Source: Takakia lepidozioides (Eukaryota > Plantae > Bryophyta). From it: a stretch of DNA of 64,000 nucleotides. The stretch is from assembly GCA_030704615.1 (NCBI GenBank), contig CM060731.1:80600001-80664000 (forward strand). Direction: 5' to 3'. Position 1 is the stretch's first letter, and each line of letters starts with the position of its first letter. The notes beneath the pieces were generated by a model that ran no database searches, was not told where the DNA came from, and worked only from the letters and a program-made list of their open reading frames with translations. This document shows positions 1-13,170 of this stretch, piece by piece. The translations under genes were made by a program, and so were the position numbers.

Positions 1-238
1 GAATCTGTCAGGCAGGCTGTAGACAGCTCCACCCTTTATGTGTGAATCCGCCCCGTAGTTTCACCCTGTTGTAGCATGGCGGAGCTTATAAATCGGTACA
101 ACTTATGGCTACCTAGTAGTTGAGAGTAGTAAATCTCATGTGCGTGTCAGGTAGTGTTTGAAAGTGCCTTGTTTAGGACCCGCAAAGAAACGTTATGTGG
201 CTTCTGGTCTGGAACAACACTTTGACGGCAATGTGCAG

Positions 239-490
239 GTGCGATTGGAGAACGACAATGTGCTCATAATTGGTGGAGAGCGGAAAGTTGAGGAACAGGC
301 TCCAGGTGTAAGATACATTCGAATGGAGCGCAGTGCCGGAAAATTTATGCGGAAATTCACTCTTCCGGGAAATGCTAACTTGGATGGTATTTCGGCTTCT
401 TACAAGGATGGCGTGCTGATTGTGACTGTGCCCAAGATCCCTCCCCCAGAGCCGCGGAAGCCCAAGATTATCGACGTCACAGTTGGATGA
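239..490 (+). CDS. Small heat-shock protein (HSP20/alpha-crystallin domain, cytosolic class II-like), terminal exon; 5' part lies upstream of the window
   Basis: After acceptor gtgcAG (237-238) the frame reads [16 protein letters not shown]...[59 protein letters not shown]. These are typical class II sHSP C-terminal motifs, including the IXV motif. Confidence 0.92.
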   Translation: MRLENDNVLIIGGERKVEEQAPGVRYIRMERSAGKFMRKFTLPGNANLDGISASYKDGVLIVTVPKIPPPEPRKPKIIDVTVG

Positions 491-1918
491 TTTGGCTTCT
501 GGAAATGCGTCCTACGAACGATCCTAACGAATTGCTGCAGACGATATTGCAAGTCACTTCTGTTGAATTCCATCCCTCTAATTGCCAGGGTAATTTTGAG
601 AGCTACTACTGAGGCTGGTTAATTGAGAGTCGAGACATAGTTTTCTGGTTAAGACATAGATAGTGAGGACCTGAAGTGCAATCTCAGTTTCAGACTTGCG
701 AGCTTTGCACCAAGCTCCATTATCGATAGAATATTCGTCTTTGCCTCTGGAAAAGTCAGAAGACTCGTAGCATCATCTACAAAGTAAGTTTTCCAAATGT
801 TTTTCATCGAAGGCTCTACATGGTGTGAAAAGATCGCACTGACAGATTAATTGATCAAAGATGCCTGGCACCATATCTACTGGAACGTTTCTGGAAGATG
901 AACCGTACTATTCGGGGATCTTGGTCCCATAAACTCTTTAAAGCTTCAAATGGACATTACAAAATCTATTTTCTCTCTCTCTTTCAACTATTTCTTTCTC
1001 TCTCTTTCAAAGTCTCTTTCCAAATAGGTGTTATGATTCTCGCTTTGTTCCTTGGGCCCCTTACATCCTGGGACTGCGACAGGAGTTAGAAAAATTTCAT
1101 TGGTTGTTGAGTATGTAGGAGTCGTATATTCTCACATGAGCCTTGATCTAAACCTCCCATGTATGAATGTCTCCTTTATCCCATCGGTTGATTTCGTACA
1201 GCTTGCTATGGTTGAAAACCTGCAGTCACCAGACTTTGGCTTTGACTTTGGCCCACCTTGCTATGGCTGAGACTACTCACCTCCACAAAGTCCATTTCAT
1301 ATGCATTTTAGGACTAATTTCCTAGTGTTAATATACTACATTTGTTTATGCAATTTGGAAACTCTTTTGTTTCTATTTTTGCTGCAAAACAATCGACCTA
1401 GGGCTATATTGTTGCCAAAAACTGCAGATGGACATCTTGCAAACATTTATATGAAAAGTTTTTACATTCTATACTTTTTGAGCATGCAAATATGTAATGT
1501 CCAGAACACTGTTTTTTTCCCAAGTCCTCAGCTAATTGTCAGTTTGACAACAGTACGCATTCCACGAATTATGCATTATAAGTCCTTGCTACATTTCTAC
1601 TAGATCCTAGCTAGATTTCTAGTGGAGGTAATGTACACAGAACCTGTACGCCCCCAAACTTTTTAGAACTGTTCACTTCATGATGTATCAACCTTGCACC
1701 AGGAGACCCACACCTACAGAGGCAACGAGCTAGGGTCAGCACATCACCCCTGCACCAGCTTGCAATAAGAAAGCATTGACAGCAACTAAACTATACAGCA
1801 GGGAGGATGAATCCTTACAACACAAGGAAGCTGTTCTCGTGCAGCAGGAACTAGACTCTAGGCGCCTTGTTGCCCAAAGGAAGATGATGAGCACTCGAAA
1901 ATTGAAGTCTACAAAGGG

Positions 1919-4720
1919 TTACCACACATCACCGGCGCAAATATGCTCAAAAATGCGCCCCACTGCAAAGCAATTCAATTACACCCATGCTTAGAACATT
2001 CTTGCCTATTACCATTCTCTTTCCTTCCTACTACATTTGTTGGAGGGAAGCATCTACTTTCAATTGTTTTAGGATAAGATTTAGTATTGTTTTGACTAAG
2101 TTTGGTCTAGCAAGATCACTACTCTTGGAACCAGACGAGGATCCTACAACACTTCAACTGATCTACTATTGTCACACCTCAAAGATGTTAACTTTGCAAA
2201 CAGGAACTGCTATTGCTGCTAAATATGCTTACAAGTATTGAGTGTGTGGAACCTGATGCAAAGCAAGGAGCAGACTGGCGGTCATATGCAATAACATAAT
2301 ACTGCGAACAAAGAAATACAGTTCGATGGGCCAGCTTTGACACCAAGACCAACTGCGAGAGGTGGATTCCACAACTGCACCCCTAGCTAGTCACATGTAT
2401 AGTGCACAGCCCTCGCCGCACTCGCAGTAAAAATGGCAGTTGACATATGTGCAGAAAGTGGAAGACAATGACCTCATTGACTTTCATTGCAAAGTTGGCT
2501 ATAATATACCCTGAAGGGCCAAGTCCCCGGGGATGTTAAACCCCCTGGAGCTAGTGGTGCTGTTTAAGCCAAACAACATATATGACAATGACCTAGCACT
2601 TTGGGCACATCCAATGACAAAGAGAGAGAGGGGGAGAGAGGGAGACAGAGATTTACCAAATCTGCGCTACGCCCAAAGGCCAAGGGACTTGGAACAGAGA
2701 GAAAGAGACATTAAAACAGTCTTCAAAGGTGGTGGAGCGCAAAAGGAAAGATGTAGAGGTAACAAACCTTCATTAGAGGGAATATTTGGTTGGTCTGCCA
2801 AAACAGTTTGTAGTGCTGCAACGTCCTCTGTCCTGTCAATGTAATAAAAATCACAGATCAGTTGAAGTGCAGTGAAGGGGAGGTTTCGAGAACCAAGAGG
2901 GGGCAAGTCCTTGTCCTGAGGTAAAAGTAGCAGTTAAAAGTCAGTGGGGAATCAGGGAAAGGCCTCAAAAATTCTGAAATAAGAGAACAGTTCTCTGAGA
3001 GACTCCACATCTTGTCTCAACTGACCCATGGCAAAAAGACACAGACATGAAGGACAACACAGACTGTGAGTGGGAGAAGGACCTGGAGTCATATGAAAGT
3101 GCTGACACAATAGCAACCTTCAATGATAACCTGTGATCATCCATTGAGATCAATAAATTAATATTTGAGGAAAACTCTCCTAAACTCAAAATGAACTACA
3201 AAACCTAGGTTGTGAAGATTACAGCAAGATATTCATATAGGACTAAGGTATGACATTGCCTAACTTACGTCCAACCCCTGTAGAGGAAACAAAGGGCATT
3301 TATCACCACCATTTCCTGTGTGACTGGGTCAATTTTATGACCACAACATTCCTCTGCCAAGTTGACGCTTTTTCATGGCCAAGGCAAGGCATCTTACCTG
3401 TAGCTGTGTGGACTATACATGTTATGATCTCCTAAACAGGCCACAAATGAATCTGATCCCAGGACCACCTAGGTGTAGCACATTATTTGCAAGAGACCAT
3501 GTTATTTCTTAATGATGGTGTCACTTACTCATCACGGTGCATAATGTAGAGAGCATGAAGGCCATCTAAGCAATCCTTCAGACTTGGCCTTGCTCCGACC
3601 TTTTTCTGGGCTTGCTCATCTGAGGGTAGTACCTTCTCAGCTTTTAACAACTGACAGCCATCACGCCAAAGTTTCTCAAGCGATCTGCACACTCTGTCCA
3701 TCTCAACCCTGCAACCCACCAAAACTCACCGTTCTCTTTCAGTTTTCTAGTACAGTACCAAATTTCAAGGCCGCCCTTTCCAGCAGAACTCATTCCCAGT
3801 AACTGCATTGTCATCAACTGACCATAAGGTTCTCACATGTTCATTGGTTGAATTCCTGTGATTATGAACAGTGAGGATTATGCAGTAGGAAAATTTTGAC
3901 CGAGTCCCAGTTCATTGGAGGCATGCCCAAAAACCCAATTTGTCACTAAGCTGGAAGAAGGTTGGAAGGCTACAGAATCTTCACCATTACACAGCTTTTG
4001 AACTACTTTCATCGCCGTGCTTCCCTCCCTTTTCCTCTCCTCTCATACGCACGGATTGTTTCCACCCATACGAAACGGTGTCTGTTTGATATGGCTTTTG
4101 TGTCAACTGGATTATACGTGATTGATTCAATTTCCTTCCTCTCTTTTTCCTTCCTTCTTAGATGTCCTAAGACTCACTCTCTCTCGCTCTCTCGCTCTCT
4201 CTCCAGATCTTTCCGTCCAAGCTGGACGCGGAGACTATGGCCACAAGCCTACGGCAACAAAGTCTTATAAGTACATTCTATCCAATAGGGGGGTTTCTCA
4301 CAAGGTATCTTGAATCGAGCGGAAATTTTTCTCCAAGGATTCCACTTGTACTGCTGGCAAAGCCCGTGTCATCGACATCACTTCCCCCAAGATGCCATAA
4401 TTTTTTTTGTCGCTAAGCACCTGCGAACCCGCACCACGTCATAAGCAATTGTCGCACCACTATGCCTTCTCCACGTTCATTACAAATAGCTTTCTACGTC
4501 CTCTCGCATAAGCTTCTTCCTGTCTTGCTTGGTGAGGAGACATTTGGTGGTGGTGGATCGGAAGAAGAGAGGGGAACCGGGTGCTTACAGGAAGTCTTTC
4601 AAGAATCGCCGAAGCATTTGCAACGAGCTTGAGAAGGCGAGACTGAAGAGATTCCCACGTGCGCATGTCAACCATGGCGCGCCTGTACCTTTGCTCGTAC
4701 TTCTTCACCACCCTTTCCAT
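1919..4720 (-). CDS. At5g43822-like / C1orf109 (AIRIM, CK2-substrate family)-like protein, 6 exons
   Basis: Exons 4720-4589, 4420-4302, 3708-3529, 3130-3083, 2832-2768 and 1962-1919 all have GT-AG borders and consistent phases. Protein: MERVVKKYEQRYRRAMVDMRTWESLQSRLL...VLSDKKNYG...KKVGARPSLKDCLDGLHALYIMHRDELSLKVAIVSALS...LQTVLADQPNIPSNEVGRIFEHICAGDVW*, matching the recalled At5g43822 family pattern. Confidence 0.85.
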
Positions 4721-4762
4721 CCCTCTCCCTTCCTCTCTCCTTCTCAACAGCTCAAGAGCTCC

Positions 4763-4770
4763 TAGGGTTT
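4763..4770 (-). promoter_or_regulatory. Telo-box (AAACCCTA) about 45 bp upstream of the At5g43822-like start codon
   Basis: TAGGGTTT on the + strand at 4763-4770. Telo-boxes are typical of plant translation and ribosome-biogenesis genes. Confidence 0.5.
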
Positions 4771-4908
4771 AGTTGCCGAATGAACAAGTGCAACGAATCC
4801 TTATTAGCTTCATGTGCAAGTTCTCTTTCACCAACGATGTGTAAACTGGTGTCAAGCACTCACATACATACTGCTGTTCTTGTTGTGTTGCAGGCAGTGA
4901 GATTTTTA

Positions 4909-5023
4909 GTTCTTACGCATGCATGTTTTACCATGGCATGTTTAGGGCTGGATATCCCGAATCATTTTTATTACTCGGTCCTTCTTGAGTTAGACAGAGA
5001 CTTCAATCTTGCCAGATGCTCAC
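4909..5023. repeat. Dispersed ~115-bp repeat, copy 1 (copy 2 at ~46600-46722 in KAS II intron 9)
   Basis: GCATGCATGTTTTACC(C)ATGGCATGTTTAGGG...CATTTTTATTACT.GTCCTTCT.GAGTT.GACA.AGACTTCAATCTTGCCAG occurs at both sites. Confidence 0.8.
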
Positions 5024-7254
5024 ACATGTAACGGCCCCTCCTGCAATGTGCCACACTTCTAATCTGTCTACCTAGTTAAATCAACGGATCAACGGCCACC
5101 TTCAACTGCCTTACATGAGGCTGCTGCCCAATTGGAGGACCTATTCTTACATGCAAAAGTTGTCCTCACATTGGTGAAGGGCGGATTGCCTTGGGACGCC
5201 CTGCCTTGAATATCCAGCAGTTGTTGTGCTTGCGATTCAACCCCGCTCCTGCGCGCACCAATGTAGGTATGCCCTGTCGTCAGCTCCCTTCTCCCTCCAT
5301 GCCTCCTCTCTCAATCCATCTCTCTTCTCTTCTTGTTGCTTTCTTGCGTTTTATTTTTTGGTTGTTGTTTGAGTGTTCACGGGGTGGGTGGCTGCATGGC
5401 AGGGAGCGCAGGGCGGGAGCGAGCAAAGTCACCGCAGCAACAAGGCCGTCCCCGCCGCAACAGGTAGGCCTCCCTCCCTTTCCTCTTGCTTTATTGTTTT
5501 TGGTTTTTGGCTTTTGGTTGTTCACGGGGTGAGTGGAACCGTTTGAATAGAGCTATAGGATTTGGCTAAAGCTTCCAGAGACACTGACCAGTACTCGTTG
5601 GAATAAGGGAGACAACATACAGAGATTCAGTAGCGCCTACCCAACCGCAAAAAAAATTTGCTTCATGTAAACTCGGAGCCCAGAATAATACCTAAGCTCA
5701 TCGCAAATTTGGCGCTCCGATGCCATAGCAGCTCGAATTTCTGCCAACTTCCTCATCTTTTCTTTGGTTCTTTTTCAAGTTTGGGAGTTTCTCCAGGTGC
5801 AGATGTTGCTCGCCTCAATATTTAGATAAGTTTTTTTTTTCTTTTTGAAAACAGGGGAGGAAAGCCTTGGAAATCACATATTTAATAACAAAGGGGAGAA
5901 TAGAAGAGTAAGAAATAACCTCTACCGGGCTTGGCACTTAGGCTCCAGCTTCTACAAATAAGATCTGTCTCTCAAGGGACAGGGATTAGCGAAGCAAAGA
6001 TGGGAAGTATTAAATGTTGCACGTTAGAAGAATAGAATTCACGAGAATTATACTGCGGATTTGGGCGAACACTGTAAACCCTCATCTCAAGAAGACGGAC
6101 ATAAGGTAGACAACGACTTTAGAATGCTTTCCAATCCTAGATCCTTACTTTCTACTCCTAATTACAACACTGTTCAGAACATAATTTTCATCTTAGAAAA
6201 TAGGTGAGTGTACCTACCAGCGATGCGCCGCAATTGCCGAAGGTTTTTGCTGCATGGCTGATATATAAGAATGGAGGCCACGAAGGTGGTGGAGGGCAGG
6301 GCAGTTACTAGAAGCAAGCAGTATACCCTTCTACTTTTTTATTACACTGTGGAGGAGGTCATATTGACTAGTCCACCCATGTGGGAGAGATGTTCCTGTC
6401 CACAGATTGAGTAGCTCAACAGATTTCTCTAACAAGGCCGCCCTATTCTCATAAAGGATTCATAGTGTGTCCACTGCCAGCCACATTCCAGATTGTTTCT
6501 GTTCATTCGTTGGGCTCTTCAAGGCCATTTCAGAGTGGTAGGTGTATAGAACTTAAAGATCCCACAAAATTGTATGCTTTAGCTTGACTGGACCAGCTCT
6601 GTTTTGCACAGAGCTGCTTGACATCATTCCAGCAAAAAAGAGTCGTGACAATAGGGACAGTGATGCAGAGTCTATAGATGATGATATTGGGTTAGAGGTC
6701 AGTTTGCAAACCTGCCTATTTTTTAAGGGACAAGCTTGCATGAGCACGCAACAGCTGTACATCAAGAAAGATCTGAGCTTTTTAAGATACTGAGCCGACA
6801 CATATTTGCTCAATGTTATGGTTGTGACGTCTCACTCTATGTTGTCATTTATGAAGTTAGGAATATCACTAGTGAAAGATGTTCTTCACTGGGCAGGTTC
6901 CTGGTTTCCAGAGATCGAAAAAGGCAAGTGTTGATTCAGGTTCATTCCAGCCCCAGCCACCCTACAGAGTTTTCACGAAAGCTCCTCTAGGCCCCAAAGT
7001 ACCCTGTAGCAGCATGTACTCCTTAAATGAATATCACTATTGAATAGAACCATATATCACCTAAGGCATCCATTGTGAGGAGACAACGTTGACATCTAGA
7101 TACATCAGATAACTTCTACAGAACCTCGGTGAGTCTTATCTCGAATGACATGATCCCCACCCAGGAAGTGGTGTGTGCTTTGAACTGACAATCTTTTCGA
7201 AGTTTGGAAGGATCTAGTAGACCTGTGAAATCACATGATTCTTTTTTTTTTCCC

Positions 7255-8720
7255 ATTCTCAAGCCATATGCTTAATGACTACTAGTGCAATGTTCGTGCA
7301 AAATTTGGCAGTGAACAAAAGTCATCTGGACCCAAAACCATATTTTCCTCCATCATTTGTTCTCCAAGGTTGAGTTTTCTTCAACTTCATGCAGGGTCTA
7401 TGACGTCGGGGGTGAATATTTCTTCTTGATGCTCGTCATTTACAACTTTGCATATGTGATCTAAACATACTTAAGCACATGTGGACCAAATATGAGATTG
7501 AACCAAGTTCAGTCAATGGATCATTCAAGATTTCAATGAAACTACGTGTCGTGGAGATTAAATATTGCGTTTCGTCTGCACAATTTTTTTTTTAATTCCA
7601 TTTTCAAGCCATATGTTTAATGACAACATATGCAATGTACGCGCAAAAATTAGGAGTAAACAAAAGTCATCTGGATCCAAAACCGTATTTTCTTCCCTCA
7701 TTTGTACTCCAAAGTTAAGTTTTCTACAACTTCATGCACTCTTCATAGAGAGTCTAAAAAAGTGAGCAAAGATTTTTATTTTATTTTTTGTTTTTATTTT
7801 GTCCAATATTTTGCACAGATGTAGTGGTGCAAGGGTTGAATTCACAAAAAACAATTGAGTAAAAACAAAAATCATTACGTACCAGAAATCCCCAATCCTA
7901 GGACCCCGGCTAGAGGGTACTGCGACGTTCCAGCGACGTGCAGGAGTCGCAACGTCACCATTTCCCCTTGGACGCCCAGCTCGACGGGGTATTGCGATGT
8001 CTCGTCGTCGCTAGGACGGCCTAGCAACGCTCCAACAAGGCCGCGACGTTGGGGAGTCGCAAGGATGTCATTTCCCCCTTGGCCGCCATGTGGCGAGGGC
8101 ACGCCACCCGCGGGGGTTGCAACTGCTAGAATTCATTCGTCAACGGTAATGCGACGGGCCTGCAACGTCCAGGAGTCGCAGAGAAGCCCTATTTAGTGTC
8201 TCTTTTCAAAGGTCATGGCAGAGGCCAGGATCAATTGATCCCCTTCTTCCAATCTTTATAGTGCTCCTTCTCTCTTGCTGTATAACAGAGTATAACAGGG
8301 CCAGTTCTTTCTACCACTATTGGTGCCGATCCCAGCAAACTTGACGGCCGCCGCCACATCCTTCTCCTCATCCCCTCAGGTGGGATGATGATTTTTTGCA
8401 CATGCACATGATTTTGTTTTATTGATCCGTTCCCAAGCCATATGCTTAATGACAGCGTTTGCAATGCGTGTGCAAATTTTGGTAGTGAACAAAAATCATT
8501 TGGACTGAAAACCATATTTTCTTCCCTCATTTGCACTCCCAAGTTGAGTTCTTTTCAACTTCATGCACTCTCCATAGAGAGTTCCGCAATAATAAGTGAA
8601 GGATTTTTTATTTTTTTTTATTTTTTTTATCCAATTTTTTCCATGGATGTAGTGGTCTGGGGTTTGCATTCACAAAATAAAATAGAGCCAAAACAAAAAT
8701 CACTACGTAGGACAAATCCG
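7255..8720. repeat. Three diverged copies of a ~140-290 bp unit (starts ~7255, ~7600, ~8430)
   Basis: Shared CAAGCCATATG.TTAATGAC...GTGAACAAAA.TCAT.TGGA...AAAACC.TATTTTC...CAACTTCATGCA. Copies 2 and 3 extend to AAAACAAAAATCA(C/T)TACGTA and are followed by GCGAC-rich sequence. Confidence 0.8.
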
Positions 8721-9149
8721 CAATCATAGATATTGTAAATGCAGGGGGTTGCGACCTCCAGGGGTCGTCTTGCGACGGTATTACGACGGCATTGCGGTGC
8801 CCCAACAGGTCTGCGACGGCGGGGAATTGCAATATCGCCTTTTCTGTGTCTTTGCAAAGGTCATGGCAGAGGCCAAGCTGAATGGATCCATTGTTGCAAA
8901 TCTTTTTAGTCCTCTTTCTGTGCTACAATATAACAAGTCTATCTTGCATGTGGGAGACCGCGATCAACCCGGGCGGCCTTATTGTTAAAGACAAAGGGCA
9001 GGAAGAGGGGGTGGAGACACTAAAAAAAAAAAATGGAAGGGTCATGGGATTAGAGGATTGAGGGTAGATTGCTTTGGCAATGGCTTTAGCAACATTGTTG
9101 TCTTTCGCACCAATTTTTTTGGTGCAAAACATTGCAAGGGGCCCCTCTC

Positions 9150-9949
9150 AATTTGCGACGTCATCTACGGCGGTTTGGGTTCATGGTCGTTATTTCCGCA
9201 TTCGTGCTATTGACATGAAGCGCAAAACAATGTTTGATTCTGGCTTGTGTGCTTCATATTGGCAAGACTCCGTGTGGGGGAGAGGAGATACACGACCTAC
9301 CATGAGCACACTCAACTGCTTTGGAGAGCTTGAGACCATACTCCAACTTCAGTATACAAGGCGGCAGCCTCTTATCTCCAAGACAAGGTGGTTCCAGCCA
9401 CATCTTGTGGGGCCCTCCGCAACAATAGTGGAAGACAAATGTGGTTTCATGCGCGTCAATACAGATAGGCTCGAGTCTACTCATCGTCCCTCCGATGAGT
9501 TTTTTTCATGGCCTTCATTCATGGAGCAAGTTTTCTTCTCCGGATCAGGAAATTGGAAAGTGGTTGTGCATACTCAGCCAAGAGGAAGACGTCTCTATCA
9601 TGGTCGGGGATCTACATGGGGCGAGGCAAATGCGGAGGAGGAAGAGACTGGTCATGATGATGCTGATGTTGGTCGAGGTTGGATAGAGGGGGTACAAGAA
9701 AATGATGACGCCCCGGACAATGCATCTCGGACTCTATATGATGAGGCTCTATTAGATGCGGATGTTCGAGAAGAAGATGAAGACATGGTCATTGAAACCG
9801 AGGTGGAAGATGATTCAGATGTGTCTTTTGGTGACCAGGCCATTTATGACAATGTCTCTGATGAGCAAAAAGACTTGCAGCTTGATGAGGACGAAGAGCT
9901 CTGGATGATGATGTTCAAGTTGATTAGACACGTAATCAAAGCTACATAA
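9150..9949 (+). pseudogene. CACTA transposase C-terminal DUF4216-like domain with acidic tail (inverted relative to the rest of the transposase)
   Basis: VWVHGRYFRI...DSGLCASY...FGELETILQLQY...RWF...EDKCGFMRVN...DEFFSWPSFMEQVFF...WKVVVHTQPRG follows the DUF4216 pattern. Confidence 0.8.
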
Positions 9950-10229
9950 TAATTCTCACACAGAATTGTACACATCCCTTCGATTGTTGTACATGTACAT
10001 GCATGTAGCTTATTTCTATGATTGATTAATGAAAAATCCATGAAAAAAATCCTTTGTAGGTGTGTCGATCTAGGAATGATTCTAGTGAAGTTGTGACTTG
10101 AAAAGTGATTCTAGGATTGTTGAGTTTTAGTACGAGGGCAAAAATGTTGGAAGACATGATTTTTGTTTTACAAGTGCTGACCAAGACTTATCCCTGGAAA
10201 CCTTTCAATCGATTTGGTTACCATGATCT

Positions 10230-10328
10230 CGATGCAACAGAAAGAATAGCACGCATGAAGAAGGAGGTGGCGGTGGTCATGTGTATGTTGGAGATGCACC
10301 TTCATCCCTCCTTCTTTGACATCCAAGA
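10230..10328 (+). pseudogene. Short inverted DUF4218-start fragment of the CACTA transposase
   Basis: ERIARMKKEVAVVMCMLEMHLHPSFFDIQ corresponds to the canonical 'LCxLEMxFPPSFFDIM' motif. Confidence 0.75.
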
Positions 10329-12050
10329 CCGCTTCCTCCAGCTCTTTAGAGCAAATCCACCGGAACAATGCTCCCAATCTATGGACTGTCTCGCGAACCT
10401 CGGGAGTCAATGTCCCACGTACTGCAATGGGCAAGATGTCTTGCAATAGATTGTGGTAGTCGTGAGACTTCAAACCATGGACCCCGTCTTCGTTGAACTT
10501 CATACGGAGGGATGACCCATAACCAGTTGGTGTTCGGACAGCTCCTATGGTGGCTATCACTTTCTTGTATTCCTCCTTTGATCATTGCCAAGATGCGCGC
10601 CCATACTTCCACCGTACAACACCCTTTGGGTCCACACCATTTTCTTCGGCCCATAGATGGGGCATGCGACCCCGCTTCTCAAGTTCATTTCTAACATTCG
10701 CAGCCACTCCCTTCTTTGCCGGCGTACCATGAAAAACACGAAAAAAGGACGAGCAAACATTCTTCTCAATATGCATGGGATCTAGAAGATGACGAATCTT
10801 CAGGTCCTACACATATCCCCACCCACAAATTCTTACACGTCTATTTTGTCGTGAAAGTGACAATGGAAATCATACAAAATATGCAATATCACATGCATGC
10901 ATAGCAATATTGATGGTGTTTTAGTGGAATATGTACAGCCCAATATGGCAACTCCCGAATTATGTGTTTTTCAATGTGCAAAAAGGGTGTGCGGCGCTTC
11001 AACACATACTTCAACCACTAAATTCAAATCCTCCGCCCCATATTATAATCAGTGTCATTTATATCTCTAAGTAAAATCTTACGTCTTGTAGCGGTTGCAA
11101 AAAGGTAGAATGCAATATACAAGTGTATTGTGGCGCGGGTATACCTTACGCGGGGCTTTCTTCCCTTGAACATCATCTCGATATCGGTCTTTGTTGCACT
11201 TTGGACATTTGGTGAGTTTCGCATCCTCTTTGTAGTACAGGGTTTTATCACATGGACATGCATGAAAAATCTTATAGCTCATCCCCACAGCATCCAAGGC
11301 TGCTCTTGCCTCTTTTCTTGATCGTGGCATTCTCGGCTTCAAATGTAGGGCAAGGATATAGTCCGCAATAGTCCGCATTATGGCGGGCATACCCACATTG
11401 CTTATGCCAACCGGATTTGCAAATTCAGCAACAACAAGATGGTTGAAAGTCTACTCACTTTGGCCCCTCGTATAAGGGAGTTTTGGCTTCTTTTTCCATG
11501 TCATTCAAAGAGTCTGTGTCCTCATCTACCATCTGATGCATTAAGAGGTCATCCATTGCTGCCACATCCTCATGCATAATTCCATTGTCATTGTTGTCCT
11601 CATCATTGGAGACCGCCATTTCAGATGGGGTCGGGTCCCTTTGATACGCGCCCCCCTCCGAAGGAACAAAATCCCGGTGCATGACAAGATCATGAACTTC
11701 ATGAATTAACGTCGTGGGGTTGTGGCCAGCATCCTAAGATGCCAAAAACAACCATGTCATTATCAGTTTCCATACATGGCGTTGTTCATTATCATACGGA
11801 ATAAAACCCAAATTACACATTATACACACGAGGGGAATACATACATTGCCACATGAAAGAGACACTATATAATTCAAAATACCCAAATTCACATATAACG
11901 TCCACCCAAACTCTCTTGAATATAGCATGAAAAACTACATCCAAATACACATCAATGCCTATGTATATATATATATATATACACGGTGGAGGAAGCCACC
12001 TCAATGTACAAAATGTCTTTCTACGTCCATCTACACATGATGAAACTCGG

Positions 12051-13170
12051 CTAACGCCTAAAGTCATACTCTGCAAACAACTCCTCTCCAGCCTGAGAGG
12101 TCCTCCTCGCACATGTCATCACAAAAGTGGTGATGTTAGGGTCCAATCTACTATCCCCGTCATGGCGCTCATCCCAAAACACGTTGGCGGTGTGGCCCGG
12201 CGGTAAGGTAACTGAACTGTTGATGAGCCTAGCTACGTTGTCGTACACATCGGGGTTTCCATCACAATAAATATGGGCTTTGCGGCCCAAATTTCTCGCC
12301 CTTACATCATTGTCGTTCACAACAAGGATGTAAGGATGGATCAAGGACCCAAGGCCGTGTGTCTCCAATAATTGCCACTCCCGGTGGGTGTACCTCGGCC
12401 CAAAATATGGGAACAAATCCACAGAATCCTCTCATCCCCCCAAAACTACATCCTCCGAAATGGGGTTGGACTCCCATCGTGAATAGCTCCCTAGCACCAC
12501 GATGACGTATGGTGCCGTCATCAGGGCGGCGAAGGCGCGGACCAACCGTGCGAAACAACTTCGGTCCACCTCTCTTAGGGAGCGGCGCCCGTCCATCACT
12601 TCTCTCGGAGTGGGAACCTAGTGATCCATCGGTCCCAATCATACACAGTCCCCAAAGGTGGTGGGATCCATCCGGGTTCTGCCGGAGGACCCGGATACAG
12701 ACTCGGTGGCGGCTGTGGTCTCGGCAATGGAGGGGAAGGGACACGTACGTTGGTATGAGGGATCTCACGTGGAGGTAGTACTGGCCGAGATGGCCGGGAT
12801 GGCGATGGTGATGAGGAAAGAACATGTACAATAGGAGGAACGGACGATGCGGATGATGATGATGATGGGGGTGCCGATGTCGAGGATGTCGAACTCGGAC
12901 TCGGTGGCGGCTGTGGTCTCGGCAATGGAGGGGAAGGGACACGTAGCCGGTCGGTATGAGGGACCTCAGATGGCAATGGTGATGAGGAAAGACCATCTAC
13001 AATAGGAGGAACAGACGATGCGGATGATGGTGATGATGGGGGTGCCAATGTCGAGGATGACGAATGTGTGTGCGTAGGTGGCAAGCACCTAGCCCGGTGC
13101 CCAAAAATAGAAATACACGCATCGTACCCCGCTACCTCACAAACTGCATTTACGTCATGTTGCAAGAAAA
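12051..13170 (-). pseudogene. SET-domain protein with a Pro/Ser-rich N-terminal linker, inside the predicted first intron of the CACTA transposase
   Basis: LFPYFG...YCDGNPDVYDNVARLINSS...ANV...CARRTSQAGEELFAEY corresponds to the SET motifs YxG, GNxARFINHS and GEELxxDY. An upstream GARELFT (GxGLF-like) lies in an adjacent frame. Two frameshifts are needed to join the pieces. Confidence 0.75.
12701..13060. repeat. Tandem duplication with ~198-bp period, encoding the Pro/Ser-rich linker
   Basis: ACTCGGTGGCGGCTGTGGTCTCGGCAATGGAGGGGAAGGGACACGTA at 12701 and 12899. Confidence 0.85.

Noticed and set aside
4935-4950. CCCTAAAC on the minus strand of the dispersed repeat as a telomerase RNA template
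   Set aside because: It is only 8 nt, no USE/TATA type-3 promoter or conserved telomerase RNA elements were recognised, and a second copy sits in an intron.
5550-7200. Possible LINE 3' end (T-run at ~5832) and coding-like fragments
   Set aside because: No recognisable motif or target-site duplication could be confirmed.
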